A stretch of 64,000 nucleotides of DNA from an uncultured cyanobacterium. Lineage in GTDB: Bacteria; Cyanobacteriota; Cyanobacteriia; Cyanobacteriales; Cyanobacteriaceae. The translations under genes were made by a program, and so were the position numbers. Under the pieces are notes generated by a model. It did not search any database and had not been told where the DNA came from. It worked only from the letters and a program-made list of their open reading frames with translations. This document shows, piece by piece, positions 10,632 to 22,488 of the stretch. The first letter of the stretch is position 1. The number at the start of each line of letters is the position of its first letter. The stretch covers positions 192,001-256,000 of the forward strand of contig CAVVOP010000021.1 in the NCBI GenBank assembly GCA_963749915.1, in the 5' to 3' direction.

Positions 10632-13600
10632 TTAAGCAAAGACAAAATTAGCGTCAGTAATTGTAGTATTTAATAACTGAGCGATTTCTTGTCCATCAAC
10701 GGAGATAATCACGTTACTTCCTTGTTTTTGGTAATTCCAATCACTACCTTTATTGCCTAAATTTAAGTCGGTATTAGCAAAACCAATCACATCCCCCTGA
10801 CTAGCGTTGAAGTCACTGATTTGGTTAGCATTTTCAGGAATTGCGAGATCATCAGTAATTAACCAGAATTGATCAGCACCTGCACCACCAGTAATATTAT
10901 TACCGCCTTCACCTGAACCTGCAAAGATAATATCATCACCAGATCCTAAAATTACACGGTTGTTAGTACCAACAAAAACGATGTCATCACCGCTAGCAGT
11001 ATCGATGCGATTGCCTTCACCCATAACGGAAACGTCAACATAATCGTCACCGCTACCAGTAGAAAGGATTTGGTTGTCACCTACAAACATTTTATCGTCA
11101 GGGAAAGCACTGTCAAATTCATCTGCATCAGGAGTTCCACTGACGAATTTAGGTACATCAATTTCAGGTTCTTCATCAAGCTGGATGTTGAACTGGAAAA
11201 TCTGACCACCCTGATCTGCTTTACGCTCTGCAATGATTCCACCCGATTCACCACGATGCTGTACTACCCCGACAAAGGTTTGTTCCGCTAGAGGTAAACT
11301 GCCGATGATTTCTTGTGCGCCAGTTCCAGCGATCTCTTCTTGGGTATAGAAGCTGCCATCTTCCTTCTTTGCCACGAGATGAGTTACGTTCCAACTACCT
11401 GAAAATTCTGAACTGGTTGCTGATGAGAAAGTATCAGGAATTGCCGAAACTTGAGCCGTTGCACGAGGGTTGAGAGAACCACCTGCTGATGCTAAGAAAT
11501 AGCCCTTGCCTTCCTCTTCCAGTTGTAGGGTTTCTGGATCGACAGGCAGAACGTACTTCCGCTCGCCGTATGGGTTGCCCGAATCCTCGTCCACGATTAG
11601 GTAATCACCATCAGATGCCTTGACCCACTGTAAACCATCGTTTTGATTCATCCGAGCCTCATTTATTGCTAGATGGGTCGCGTGGGTCAACGTACCATCG
11701 GGGTTATTCGGACCAATATGACCAGCACCCTTACCACCAGTCTCAAGAGTCAAAGCACCGTCCACACCCGCGACAATTCGGGTTACATCTGCTGACAGAT
11801 AATCTGGCAGACCATTGCCATCCTCGTCGTTGTTAAGTAGCTCATCAACAATGTTGGTGAACTCAATACCCAACTGGGCACTCGGCACAGTTAGATTTTG
11901 CACATAGCGATGCTTGGTAGCATCTGGATCGACTGCTGGGTGTTCGGTTTTACTGTCACCGTTGAAATAGGTATAGCCATCGGGCTGCTCATTCGCCTCG
12001 TCTTCGTCCCCATCTTGCTCCCACAAGAACACTTCTGTCTCGTCAGCATTCACAGGATTATCAAAACCATCCCACTGATAGCTAGTAGGATAGTAGCGGG
12101 CGTTAAAGGTATCGGGAGCATCGGCATCCTTAACGTAGTTATCCATCATGAAGGTATCAGCATCCACTGTCTCGATGCCCAAATCGGTGTAGGTCTCTCC
12201 ATCAAGTGCCATCCCGTACAACTGACCGTACAGTAAACCATTACGACCTAAGAATGAATCCCGTTCACTTGCATCCTCAGTAAGGGCATTACCGTTTTCA
12301 TCCACACCTTTCTTCCCGATGTAGATCATCAAAGGTGCTGGCTCCACTTCAAGGTTGTAGCCTGACGTTACGAGAACAACGTAATCTTCGTGACCTGAAT
12401 TAATGGGCAGGATTTTCTCATAACCAGATTGACCTAGTGCTGGAGCGGTGTAAGCGGTCTCGTTAGCAATATCTACCACAATTGATGCTAGACCCATAGT
12501 AGTGGTGAAGAAATCCTCTCCAGCACTGATACGAGCGTCCTCTTCAGTGAAACCAGCGGCAGCGGCAGCTTCATCATACAGTTCGCCAATGTTCCACTCT
12601 TCAGCCATTAGCCATACGTCATCTTCAAAGCCGATGCCATCGCCGTACTTGTTGGCTTGTTCGTAGTAAGCTCCGCAGAAAGAGTGGAAGAAGAAATCGC
12701 CCTCAGTGAGTAGCTGATCAGAATCAAACTCAAGTAGAGTAACATTTCCGTTCTCGTCCACTTGGGCTTGGTTGCCCCAGATGCCACCCTGATCCTTAGG
12801 AAGTACCTCGTCACCAAACACGTTGTAAACTGTGCTAAACAGATGCCCTGCACCTTCAAACATCTCGCTGGCGGCACTGTCGTTATTGAGGAAGTTTGCA
12901 AATGCTTCGCGATTATAGTCGATAGTGTGTACATGAGAGCCAGTGAAGGCTACGCCACTATCCATCACCCAACCATAGGTTTCTCCTTTAGAGTCAGATA
13001 AGGTTGCGTAGGACTCAGACTGATACACCACACGCACAGTATCTTCATCTAGTAACCAAGCGGCTTGACCATCGGGATAGCCAGTTAACACGTGACCATT
13101 TTCTGGATCAATCTCGCCCACAGTAGCGAGTGGTTTGAAATTTCCGAAAGGGAATTCAGTATCGCCGCTATCTCCGTCCCGTAGATGTTCGGGTTTAGTG
13201 GAACTACCCGCCTGAGGAATCAGGGCTGTTGTTTCTCCAATATTTGCCATTTCGAAAGGATCGAGTTCGCTCTTCAGGTGGAGAATTTGTCCGCCTTCTA
13301 CCAAATTGAGATCTGAGATGATTCCATCTCGAAAACCGTGAGCTTGAACGGTGAGGTAGAAATCAGTACCTGCAGGGTTGCCATAGTACTCAGAAACATC
13401 AATAATGCCCGAAGTTTCCGACGCCCCGAAGGTTTCAGCTTTGGAATCCGTAGTGCCTTCAGGTAATACTACGTCACGGTCAATTACTGCTATACGAGTA
13501 GCTTTGCCGTCGGGAGCAACACGCCAGATAGAGGCTTCTTCTAATCCTTCCGCATCTTCAGGGGCGAAATCATAAGCGAAGTCTTCCTGTACATAGATAT

Positions 13601-16600
13601 ATCCATCAGCGGACCAAGCTAGGTTGTCTGGGTTGCGAATTCCCTTGAAAGGACTATCAAGTCCGTTCAGTTCAGGAGTATCCCCATCATAGAGAATGGT
13701 CAAATCACCAGAAATAGGGTTGCCTTCGCTGTCAAAATCCACATCAAAGACGCTAACATCACCAAACAAATCAGTGGGGTTGACTTCTCCACCACCATCA
13801 CCGGTGTTATTGACGACAAATTGTGTACCATCAACAGGGTTAACATCTACGTCTTCTGGACGAGAGAAGAAGAAAGCACCAGCAGAACGAGCTTCAGCAC
13901 GGAGGGTTTCTCCTAATAAGTAACCTTCGTCATCGTAACCTGCTTGACCTGCCATAGAGGGATCTTGAACTTCAATTGGAGTCCAAGTACCACCCATTTC
14001 TGTCCCAGTACCGAACAAGTCAGCGGGAGTTTCAGAACCATCATTAGCTACCCAAGTATAGAGTTGACCGCCAACAAGACCATTACGCTCTAGGAATTCT
14101 GCTCCTGCTGAGGTATCTTTTTCTCCAATATAGAGCCAGATGGGGGCATCAGTGTAGTCGTCTCCGAGTACGAGAGCAACCATATCTTCCCGTCCAGTAT
14201 CCAATAGAGTGCCAGACTCCCAAGAACCGTAGCCTAAGTCAGGAACGGCGTAGAGGGTTTCATTGGCGATATCGAGGGCTTGGAAAGTACCATCACGCAC
14301 AGTTGGTGGGAAGTCGGGAGAGGTTTCTTCACCCAAGAGGAAGATGTTGTCTTCAAAGCCTCGTTCGTCACCAAAGGTATTAGCGTGGATGAGGTTAGCA
14401 GAACAGAAGCGATCGAACCCTGCGGTTTCAGCTATACCAGAGCTATCGGGTAGCCAGTTGATTTGCTGGGCATCGGTAACTCCAACTCCTTTGCGATCGA
14501 TAATGGTGTCATAAGCTAAACCACCGTTAATGACGGTATTGGTAGCGGTGTCAATATCCATATAATTGATCCGCGCCCCGGTTAATTCTAACCCGTTAGC
14601 TAGAGTGTAAGCATAGCCTTTGTCACGCCCCACTTCACTATTGGTGAATAGTCGTATGATACCGTCACCTAAGTCAATTACGCCTTGACCATCAGGAATA
14701 CCCACGGGGATGTAAGCATCACCGTTAGCCGCATCAGTCTCACTTTGGGTAGCCGCCTCTCCGATGGTAATCAGAGTTTGGAAGGAAACACCTTCTACGA
14801 AAGGAGTCACCATAGGAGTCGCCGTATTATCCGCAGGAGTAGTCACTGGTTCTTCATCGGGGGCATTAGCAACACCAAGACGATCGTCTAAATCGAGAGG
14901 AGTAGGTAATTTGAGTTGGATAATCTCATTATTATCAATATCGGGTCCTCGTCCGATGGAGAAGGGATAGTTATTATCATTAGCTACTAAAATAGTTTCA
15001 GCGTCAATAACTAAAACATCCTCAATGGTGACAAAAGGAAAATCAAAGACTAAACTACCATCACCGTTAAGATCGTTAGGATCAGCTATGGTTAATAAGT
15101 CCACTACTTCTATTTTTTCCACAAATCCGTTGTCATCTTTCTTGGAGATGTCAATTTTGTAGATTTTTTTGAAGTTAGCAGAATCACCTTGTCCGCCGTC
15201 ACGTTCGATGATTAAAAACTCGTTATCATTGATGGGAGTCATATCACCGATGGCATAGTTTGGTTGCTCTAGTTGATAGTAACCTGCTAAATCTTCGGCA
15301 AAAGTTTTACCAGCAACGTCAAATTCATAAATCCGTAATGCTCCTTCAGCATCGCCGAATACGGTTCCTTCTAATATGGGATATAAAGTGGCTCGATCGG
15401 GACTGTAACCCATTCCTTCAAAACCGCGAGAACTAGGTAAGTTAGCCTCAGCCTCTTCAGCTAATACTTTCGGATTCTCAGGTGAAAGAACTTCTTCTCC
15501 CGTGGCTCGTTGTACCGCTGTGCGTGCTTGATCAGGGAAATCACTGAAAAAGCCATCAGCACCTAATCGATAGAAGGCTTCGTATTCTAATTGAGGATCA
15601 CCATTATAGCTAGCAGGTAAATAATATTCATCGCTACGGAAAGTGTAAGGAGTAACAATTAATCCTGCTTCATGAGCATCTTCAATTAAAGTGGTAGGCT
15701 CACCAGCAAAGCGATCGGCATCACTGATAACACCATCACCATTAATATCATCAGGCTCACCATCATCATTATTGTCAACCGTATTTAAAGGAATGATTTG
15801 TGCCTTATAAGGACCAATTCCTTCGGCGTAAGTGGCGATTTGTGCTAAACCCTCAGGTGTAACCATATCAGCATAGGTGATATCCCCGCCAGAAGCAATT
15901 TGGTCATAAGGAGAACCACTGCTATCAAGAAGTTGAACTAAAGGAATCTCCACACCTGCATCGGGCATGATTTCATCATATAATCTTTCTAGATTACTGA
16001 TTTCAAAAGATTGAATAATTACTCGATTAGGATCGGTAAAATCCTCCTCAACTAGAGTATCAATCAAGATTTGAGAAGTATCATATCCTAAATCCTCAAA
16101 GTAAGTAGGATGCTTAGTTTCAGGATAGATGTTGATTATTTTACCCGTAGCCGCTTCTTCTGCTTTGACATATTCAATGATTTCCCCTAGGGTGGGTATT
16201 TCATAGAGATTGTCGTAGAAAGTGTTATCGGGACGAATTTCGGGAATCCGTTCTTTGGCACTTAAGAGCTTAATTTCAGCGAGGGTGAAGTCTTCAGAGA
16301 ACCAACCAGTAATTTCTTGTCCATCAACAACTTTGGTGGTCAAACGATCGCTAAAGAAAGGTAGTTCGGCTACATTGGTAGTGGCTTCCTTGAGGACATA
16401 GTTCCCACCGTCATCAATCATCGGCTTGCCGTCAGCATCAGTTTGAACGATGGCTAAAGCATTTTCGTGCCGAGCAATTAGTACTCCATCTTTGGTGGGC
16501 ACTAAATCCGGTTCAATGAAGTCAGCTCCTTGCCTTACTCCTAGGTTATAAGCAGCAGGTCCAGTTGGATTTAAAGTATGTTCAGGACGATAACCACTGG

Positions 16601-18941
16601 CACCTCGGTGAGCAATTACGAGGGGAGTTTCTCCGTTGAGGGTATTAATTTGGGCAATATTAGGGGTAACAATAGGAGCATCAATTAATTCCCCGTCTCC
16701 ATTAAAGTGGAGTAAATAAGGACCAAATTCTTCCCCAATCCAAATAGTACCGTCGTCAGCTAAGACAATAGATTCCGGATCAAAGTCAGAACCTGTTAAC
16801 AGGCGATGGGTAGTTCCTTCATTAACAATATCAAAAGGTACAAGATTATTAGGATCAGATAGTTGAATAAAACCTTCAACCTCAACGCTACCATCACCAT
16901 CTTCAATGCCGTTAAATTCAGGCTCAATTTCATAGATTCTTAAGAGGTAATCAGCACTGTTGCCCTTGCTGCCAAAACCGTTATCAGATAAGAACCAGTA
17001 GCTTTCTTTCGTGGCAAATTGCACACCGCTAAAACCTTGTACCGGTTGACTAGCAAAAGGTGTTTCACGGTTATCAGAAGTGATGTAATTACCAGAACTT
17101 GGTCCTTCAGCAAAGGTATCCGCAGGTAATTCTGCATAAGCGACTAATTCTACACCGCTAACGGCTACTTGCATAGTTTTAGCAATGTGAACTTGATCGA
17201 TCATTCCTTCCATGCCAGGTATATCATAACCGTAAGCCTCATACCCTTCCCCAGTAAAGGAGTCGAGAATAGTAGAAGCTGAACCTTGATGATACACAGG
17301 CACAGGGCGATTAGAGTGATTTGTCCAAGTATGTTTAACTTCATTATTTGCACCCCAGAAATGTCCCGCAGTGGCAGGAGTACTTGCATCATAATTTTGA
17401 GCGTCATCAGGATCATTAACTGCTAAACCATAGGTTAGAGCATTAGGTCCATAAGTCCGCAATAATTCAGGGAAATTTTCGTTTAAAGTTAAGTAGTGGT
17501 CATGATCAGCAGTGATAATCAACTCGTTTTGTTCCCAACCACCATTATTTTCAATCCAATCGATTACTAAACCAACGGTTTCATCAAAGGCTAAAGTATT
17601 ACCGATGAGGTTATCTAGGTTGTTATCATGAGCTGCCCAATCGATGTCACCGCCTTCTACTAATAACCAAAAACCATCAGGATCGTCTTGTAATACGTCT
17701 AAAGCGGCACTGGTTAACTGAGCAAGGGTAGGATTTTCGTTAACTTCTCTGGCGATAAATTGTTCGTCTGTTTCACCAGCTAATAAAGGGCGATCAGTAT
17801 CACCAACTCCAACGGGAAACTCAGGGGTATTGTAACCTAAAGTAAATTGAGCAAATCCAGTAGTACCATAATCACCGTCTGCCGATCGAGTGGGTAAATT
17901 GCCTTCCTGTCCTCTGGCACCGTAAACCCCTAATAATCTTTCTCCTGCGTTAGGATCGATACTAGAAGCGGTTTGAGCTAATACTTCTGCGGCATTTGCC
18001 CCTCTTTCTACAAAGGTATAACCGAAAATATTATCGTTAGGATTGTTGCTTAACTCGTTGTAAGTACCTTCTGATAAGTATTCAAATTCTGTAGGAGGTT
18101 CAACTTCTTCAGGTAAAGGATCGTTCACGTTAGAAAGGGGATGCCCTCCACCTAAAATAACAGTAGGCTTGAAGATAGTTAATTCTTGTTGTAAGATTGT
18201 ATCTAGTACGCCAAACTCATCAAATTTGTTGCGATCGTTGACGTTTGCCGCCGCCGCTCCCGGTGTAGCATGATCTACAGGTACAGAAGAAACTAAACCA
18301 GTGGATTTGCCAATGTGAGTTGCTCTGGTTAAAATACTTTCTACAGGTTGCTCGAAAATATCAATGCCGATCGCCCCGTTAAAAGATTTCACCCCAGTAT
18401 ATAAAGTAGTTGCCGTGTTAGCAGAATCGGGATAACTATATTTGATGTATTCCTTGTCAAAACCTGCGGATGTATTGCCTCGATCTTCATAATAAGCAGA
18501 ATCCCAAGGGGTAGAAGCACCTCTGACAGGATCGTAACCGACTAAATTCCCTACCACTCCATTTGCTACATTAGCACCACCGCTAGAGGTTGTACCCGGG
18601 TTGAAAGTGGGGTTAAATTCAAACCCTGTTCTGATTTCCCCTTCTCCTGTAACTCTTTGGCTTCTGACTCCTTGTAAAGCCGAATTACTGGTATTATAAA
18701 CACTGAGATCAGCAGGGTTACTGCTGGTTGTACCATCATCGGCGATCGTTGTGCCATAGGTAGTAACTAAACCATAACCCGTTAAGGTTTGCATATTTAG
18801 TCCTTCCCCTGTACCTTCGGTGTAAAAGTCACTTAAAGTGTTACCAGTTGCACCTGCTTGAATTTGATTGTAAATAGCAGCGGTACGAGCCATTTCCCAG
18901 CCCATGCCGTCACCAATCATGATGATTACGTTCTTAGCCAT
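10632..18941 (-). CDS. Giant secreted multi-domain alkaline phosphatase: PhoA-type AP + esterase-like phytase with inserted GDPD + two PhoX-like domains + RTX-like C-terminus
   Basis: [42 protein letters not shown] (AP); [29 protein letters not shown] (GDPD); PDGQ, RFCSA, RPED, NPDNL (PhoX-like); ATG at 18941 preferred to GTG at 18971. Confidence 0.85.
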   Translation of the reverse strand: MAKNVIIMIGDGMGWEMARTAAIYNQIQAGATGNTLSDFYTEGTGEGLNMQTLTGYGLVTTYGTTIADDGTTSSNPADLSVYNTSNSALQGVRSQRVTGEGEIRTGFEFNPTFNPGTTSSGGANVANGVVGNLVGYDPVRGASTPWDSAYYEDRGNTSAGFDKEYIKYSYPDSANTATTLYTGVKSFNGAIGIDIFEQPVESILTRATHIGKSTGLVSSVPVDHATPGAAAANVNDRNKFDEFGVLDTILQQELTIFKPTVILGGGHPLSNVNDPLPEEVEPPTEFEYLSEGTYNELSNNPNDNIFGYTFVERGANAAEVLAQTASSIDPNAGERLLGVYGARGQEGNLPTRSADGDYGTTGFAQFTLGYNTPEFPVGVGDTDRPLLAGETDEQFIAREVNENPTLAQLTSAALDVLQDDPDGFWLLVEGGDIDWAAHDNNLDNLIGNTLAFDETVGLVIDWIENNGGWEQNELIITADHDHYLTLNENFPELLRTYGPNALTYGLAVNDPDDAQNYDASTPATAGHFWGANNEVKHTWTNHSNRPVPVYHQGSASTILDSFTGEGYEAYGYDIPGMEGMIDQVHIAKTMQVAVSGVELVAYAELPADTFAEGPSSGNYITSDNRETPFASQPVQGFSGVQFATKESYWFLSDNGFGSKGNSADYLLRIYEIEPEFNGIEDGDGSVEVEGFIQLSDPNNLVPFDIVNEGTTHRLLTGSDFDPESIVLADDGTIWIGEEFGPYLLHFNGDGELIDAPIVTPNIAQINTLNGETPLVIAHRGASGYRPEHTLNPTGPAAYNLGVRQGADFIEPDLVPTKDGVLIARHENALAIVQTDADGKPMIDDGGNYVLKEATTNVAELPFFSDRLTTKVVDGQEITGWFSEDFTLAEIKLLSAKERIPEIRPDNTFYDNLYEIPTLGEIIEYVKAEEAATGKIINIYPETKHPTYFEDLGYDTSQILIDTLVEEDFTDPNRVIIQSFEISNLERLYDEIMPDAGVEIPLVQLLDSSGSPYDQIASGGDITYADMVTPEGLAQIATYAEGIGPYKAQIIPLNTVDNNDDGEPDDINGDGVISDADRFAGEPTTLIEDAHEAGLIVTPYTFRSDEYYLPASYNGDPQLEYEAFYRLGADGFFSDFPDQARTAVQRATGEEVLSPENPKVLAEEAEANLPSSRGFEGMGYSPDRATLYPILEGTVFGDAEGALRIYEFDVAGKTFAEDLAGYYQLEQPNYAIGDMTPINDNEFLIIERDGGQGDSANFKKIYKIDISKKDDNGFVEKIEVVDLLTIADPNDLNGDGSLVFDFPFVTIEDVLVIDAETILVANDNNYPFSIGRGPDIDNNEIIQLKLPTPLDLDDRLGVANAPDEEPVTTPADNTATPMVTPFVEGVSFQTLITIGEAATQSETDAANGDAYIPVGIPDGQGVIDLGDGIIRLFTNSEVGRDKGYAYTLANGLELTGARINYMDIDTATNTVINGGLAYDTIIDRKGVGVTDAQQINWLPDSSGIAETAGFDRFCSANLIHANTFGDERGFEDNIFLLGEETSPDFPPTVRDGTFQALDIANETLYAVPDLGYGSWESGTLLDTGREDMVALVLGDDYTDAPIWLYIGEKDTSAGAEFLERNGLVGGQLYTWVANDGSETPADLFGTGTEMGGTWTPIEVQDPSMAGQAGYDDEGYLLGETLRAEARSAGAFFFSRPEDVDVNPVDGTQFVVNNTGDGGGEVNPTDLFGDVSVFDVDFDSEGNPISGDLTILYDGDTPELNGLDSPFKGIRNPDNLAWSADGYIYVQEDFAYDFAPEDAEGLEEASIWRVAPDGKATRIAVIDRDVVLPEGTTDSKAETFGASETSGIIDVSEYYGNPAGTDFYLTVQAHGFRDGIISDLNLVEGGQILHLKSELDPFEMANIGETTALIPQAGSSTKPEHLRDGDSGDTEFPFGNFKPLATVGEIDPENGHVLTGYPDGQAAWLLDEDTVRVVYQSESYATLSDSKGETYGWVMDSGVAFTGSHVHTIDYNREAFANFLNNDSAASEMFEGAGHLFSTVYNVFGDEVLPKDQGGIWGNQAQVDENGNVTLLEFDSDQLLTEGDFFFHSFCGAYYEQANKYGDGIGFEDDVWLMAEEWNIGELYDEAAAAAGFTEEDARISAGEDFFTTTMGLASIVVDIANETAYTAPALGQSGYEKILPINSGHEDYVVLVTSGYNLEVEPAPLMIYIGKKGVDENGNALTEDASERDSFLGRNGLLYGQLYGMALDGETYTDLGIETVDADTFMMDNYVKDADAPDTFNARYYPTSYQWDGFDNPVNADETEVFLWEQDGDEDEANEQPDGYTYFNGDSKTEHPAVDPDATKHRYVQNLTVPSAQLGIEFTNIVDELLNNDEDGNGLPDYLSADVTRIVAGVDGALTLETGGKGAGHIGPNNPDGTLTHATHLAINEARMNQNDGLQWVKASDGDYLIVDEDSGNPYGERKYVLPVDPETLQLEEEGKGYFLASAGGSLNPRATAQVSAIPDTFSSATSSEFSGSWNVTHLVAKKEDGSFYTQEEIAGTGAQEIIGSLPLAEQTFVGVVQHRGESGGIIAERKADQGGQIFQFNIQLDEEPEIDVPKFVSGTPDADEFDSAFPDDKMFVGDNQILSTGSGDDYVDVSVMGEGNRIDTASGDDIVFVGTNNRVILGSGDDIIFAGSGEGGNNITGGAGADQFWLITDDLAIPENANQISDFNASQGDVIGFANTDLNLGNKGSDWNYQKQGSNVIISVDGQEIAQLLNTTITDANFVFA

Positions 18942-19012
18942 CGGTTTTGTTAAATAATTATGAACTTGCACCGTATATTTAACTACGTGAAAGCTAAGAG
19001 AACTTAAAGCTT

Positions 19013-19075
19013 AGATAAAGTAGCTATTAAATTTTAGTAAATGTTAAGTTAATTTTATATTAAAAATAAGTTAAT
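19013..19075 (-). promoter_or_regulatory. Extended Pho-box-like array upstream of the alkaline phosphatase gene
   Basis: Six minus-strand 8-mers at exact 11-bp periodicity: ATTAACTT, TTTAATAT, ATTAACTT, ATTTACTA, TTTAATAG, CTTTATCT. Confidence 0.65.
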
Positions 19076-19112
19076 CTAATATTACAACTCAACTTGAAAA
19101 GGTGTAGAGCCG

Positions 19113-19125
19113 CAGGGCAAACGCA
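19113..19125 (+). mobile_element. ISAs1-like terminal inverted repeat (left)
   Basis: CAGGGCAAACGCA; exact inverted copy at 26285-26297. Confidence 0.6.
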
Positions 19126-19283
19126 CACAAAACTTAACCAGGTGTAAATTTTTCGTTGATGAGAAGGAAATGGTCGTGCATCAAATAACTGTGGGATAGC
19201 TAATTAAGTCATTCCAACTCCATCTCTGGTCACTCAATCCTGCTCTCTGAGCTGCTGTTGTCCCTAATGGCTTTTGGTAAAGA

Positions 19284-20105
19284 TTGAATTCGTTCGATTT
19301 TGGCGGTGATGCGAACTATGTTCAACCCCGATGGAAAGTTGACCCAACAGCGGCGTTTGCGGCTGAGGTAGATGGGCAACTAGTTGGCTCCAACATCGCT
19401 ACTTGTTGGGGTAGTGTCGGTACTTTTGGACCGCTCAGTGTTCACCCTGACTTCTGGGATCAAGGTATTGCTCAACGTTTGATGGAACCTATGATGGCTC
19501 AATTTGCTCAATGGGGGACGCGACAGGCTGGGTTGTTTACCTTTCCAAATAGTCCAAAGCATCACGCGCTTTATCAGAAGTTCGGGTTCTACCCCCGCTT
19601 TCTGACCTTCATCATGGCAAAACCCATTCAGGCAGTTCAGCAGGACTTACTCGTAACGACTTACTCGCAGCTCAATCCTCAGCAGCGATTGGATTGTCTC
19701 AAAGCGTGTTCTACCCTCACTGATACGATTTATTCAGGGCTAGATTTATCGCGTGAGATTGAAGCCGTACATACGCAAAATTTAGGGGATACGGTTTTGC
19801 TGTGGGATGAGACAAACCTAGCAGGATTTGCGATTTGTCATTATGGTGCAGGAAGCGAGGCAGGTAGTGATGTGTGCTACATCAAGTTTGGAGCAGTACG
19901 CCCAGGAATACAAGCAGGAGAACAGTTTGAACAGTTACTCGATTTGTGTGAAGTGTATGGGGCGACTCAAAAAATGTTGCGTCTCGTCGCTGGAGTAAAT
20001 ACCAGCCATGATGCAGCCTATTCCAGGATGGTTGCTCGACGTTTTCGTGCTGAAATCATCGGCATCGTCATGCATAAGCCAAATGAGCCTGGTTACAATC
20101 GCTGA
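19284..20105 (+). pseudogene. GNAT N-acetyltransferase, probably truncated at both ends
   Basis: FGPLSVHPDFWDQGIAQRLM and LYQKFGF GNAT motifs; the stop codon comes from the IS4-like end at 20102; weak TTG start. Confidence 0.7.
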
Positions 20106-20730
20106 GGGGGCGACAATGAAGCTAAACAGACGATGCTATAAGGGATTGAACATGCTAATCTGGATAAAGATGAGATATTTTCAGTTTTTATATTAATTGC
20201 CATAGAAAAAGATGTTTCAACTTCCCCAATTTTATCAGGATCATTTAAAAAAGCAGTTTAATTTACCTCAATATTTAACTCTTTGTCTTTTAGTTAACTT
20301 ACTTCAAAATCTTAAAACTGTCAGGTTAGAAGAAATGGCAAAACGTTTTCCTTATCCGATTAAATTAAGAAGTAGAATTAAAAAGTTACAACGATTTCTG
20401 AGTCTGGAAAATTGGAAAATTGAAACTATATGGTTTCCGATTTTAAAATCATCGTTTTAGGAGATAGGGAGTTTTGCTCTGTGGATTTAGCAAAGTGGTT
20501 ATCAGTAGAGAAACAGGTTTATTTATCTCTACGTTTAAAAAACAGTGAATATGTGGAGTTAGAAACTGATATATGGTTTCAATTAAGTGAATTAGGTTTA
20601 TGTCCAGGATTCTCGGTATATTATCAAGGAATAAAAGTAACAAAAACCAAGGGATTTTCAGGAATTAATTTAGCCGCAAAGTGGAAAAGAAATTATGGTC
20701 ATAAATCTAGCAAAGAACCATGGTTTAGAA
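20102..20730 (+). mobile_element. IS4-family remnant (left end and fragmented, internally deleted transposase)
   Basis: End CTGAGGGGGCGACAA; ORF pieces 20212-20460 and 20430-20792 carry KKLQRFL, VLGDREFCSV, NLAAKWKR, KEPW. Confidence 0.75.
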
Positions 20731-20949
20731 TAGTGTACCTGAGAAGTTTTTTTATAAGTAACTGTATTTCAGTATATATTAATATATATTAAGAAAAATA
20801 TCTCGGTTATGGTTTTTCAGTTATATTGAATAAAATAAATTTATAACCAATTTTTTGGTAGGTTTTGACCTAATCTGATATTCAGAATATTTCTTGATAG
20901 TATAACTATTTGGCATGTTACCCAGAAAGTTTCTTGCTATCATCAAAGA

Positions 20950-21863
20950 TTAGGCGGCGATTCTTGCCCCTTTCCTGACGCTGGCTAAATTGGCGCAATA
21001 GTCGTCAAGTAGATTTATGAGTCTGTCCATGATTGTTTTTTTACTGTTTTTTGCGGGCGTAGTTCTCTTCTTTGGCTTGCTGTTCTTTGAACTTCACAGG
21101 GTGGACAAGAGAGCGATCGCACACGGGTACGGGCTGAAGTCACAGATTGGCGGTGAGCCGTGTTCGAGTGGCCAGCTAGTTTGCGTTGCCTTCAAGGCAC
21201 CAACATTAAATAAGTCAATTTCCTTCGAATACGCGTTGCAGCTTTATACAGACGGCGTCAACGTGACCGGCACGTACAAATATCACGTTCGGAACACAAG
21301 CTATTCCGGCGAGGTGTTTCTGTCATTCAAAAAGAATCGAGTGAAAGGGCGGACCCTTATGGGTGGATTAAGAACTCTCGAAGGTGTCGTCAGCCCGAAC
21401 GGGGTGCGCCTGACCCGTGGATACCCCCCAGAGAGTTTTCTGAGCATCCTGAACGGTCCTTACGAATATAGTGTTCGGAATGGGCAGACTCAATTCGACA
21501 AAACCACACGCGCTGGAAATATCAGTGCGGAAAGCATGCTTCGCATCGAGGATAATCGCTTGTATGGTCGTGTGCTTCATGGGCCTCAGAAAACCTGGGC
21601 CATCGATGTGGATGTCACGTATCAGGGGATTAAAATTGAAGCGGTCTCTCTAGCAGTCGTTCTGGCTTGTGACAACATACTTAGCTTCCACCATTCCGAC
21701 TGATTGGTATGGAATACTGCTGGCACGTGCTGTTTGTCGCATACTTTGTCGGCTTCTTGCTTTTAATATCCGGCCCAATAATTGGGGACGTGAGTCTCAT
21801 CGTAATGCGCTGCCTAACAATTGCTTGCAGTCGGACGCGCTCCATCGCCGCTGAAGCAGGTCG
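20950..21863 (+). mobile_element. Solitary integron gene cassette (914 bp)
   Basis: Starts with TTAGGC, complementary to its own R'' GCCTAA, at a sharp rise in GC content; one ORF; ends at the G of the attC GTT. Confidence 0.75.
21017..21703 (+). CDS. Hypothetical 228-aa protein with N-terminal membrane anchor and beta-rich domain (cassette ORF)
   Basis: Intact ORF with a hydrophobic N-terminus; GC visibly higher than the host; no family recognised. Confidence 0.7.
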   Translation: MSLSMIVFLLFFAGVVLFFGLLFFELHRVDKRAIAHGYGLKSQIGGEPCSSGQLVCVAFKAPTLNKSISFEYALQLYTDGVNVTGTYKYHVRNTSYSGEVFLSFKKNRVKGRTLMGGLRTLEGVVSPNGVRLTRGYPPESFLSILNGPYEYSVRNGQTQFDKTTRAGNISAESMLRIEDNRLYGRVLHGPQKTWAIDVDVTYQGIKIEAVSLAVVLACDNILSFHHSD

Positions 21864-21869
21864 TTAGTG
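21812..21869 (+). other. Integron attC site (58 bp)
   Basis: R'' GCCTAAC, 5-nt spacer, L'' CTT(G)CAG(T)CGG pairing with L' CCGCTGAAG with two extra bases, 6-nt spacer, R' GTTAGTG. Confidence 0.85.
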
Positions 21870-22086
21870 GGAAATTGAGAGGCGACCAGGCTTTGCCTGC
21901 CGCTGCGCGATCGAAAATGATATGGGTAAAAGACAGAGACATTAAAAATTTAATTGAGAAGAACTGTTTGTCACTTGCCCCTCGTTGCAAGAACCTTCTA
22001 TTTTCGCCCAGTTACGGCAATCGCAACACGGAAGAAATTACCACGCCTACCCATGAGGAGAGAGGATGATCCTAACGTTGATCGCT

Positions 22087-22488
22087 CTACTCTCCCTCAT
22101 CTACAGTAATGGACGATAAGATAAGCATTTCCTCAACAGTTTCTACCAACTGGGAAGGATTTACTGGGGTGATGAGAAGATTGTTTCCCTTTAACCTAGA
22201 AATGAGTACAAACTCGTCGAGTTGAGAAATGTAGAACTCTAAAAAGCCACCACGACAAGTCCACAACCAGCCAAAGCCACCCCATAGACCTCCCACACCT
22301 ATCCGCACAGCCCAGCCAAACTCTTGTTGAAAAGTGTCTTTGCTGATGATGCGGATACCAGATACATCTTGCATTGGGATTGGACGTCGCCAGCCAGGGA
22401 AGACAATCTCAATATAGTTATCCGAAACAACAAAGCGAGATGGTCTACACCATAACCAGACAGATCCATAAAGAGTGATGAGTATAAG
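22087..22488 (-). pseudogene. Bacterial PH-domain-like membrane protein, 5'-truncated by an IS
   Basis: Frame is open from the IS boundary: LILITLYGSVWLWCRPSRF...PMQDVSGI...RIGVGGLWGGFGWLW...LLITPVNP. Confidence 0.6.

Noticed and set aside
4438..18757. Many short ORFs overlapping or antisense to the two giant genes
   Set aside because: Shadow ORFs arising from codon bias; no motifs or independent signals
22066..22086. Possible third attC remnant (TCCTAAC on plus; GATCAAC-GTTAGGA on minus after the PH-gene stop)
   Set aside because: No L boxes or stem, and the R boxes do not fit the consensus; may be chance
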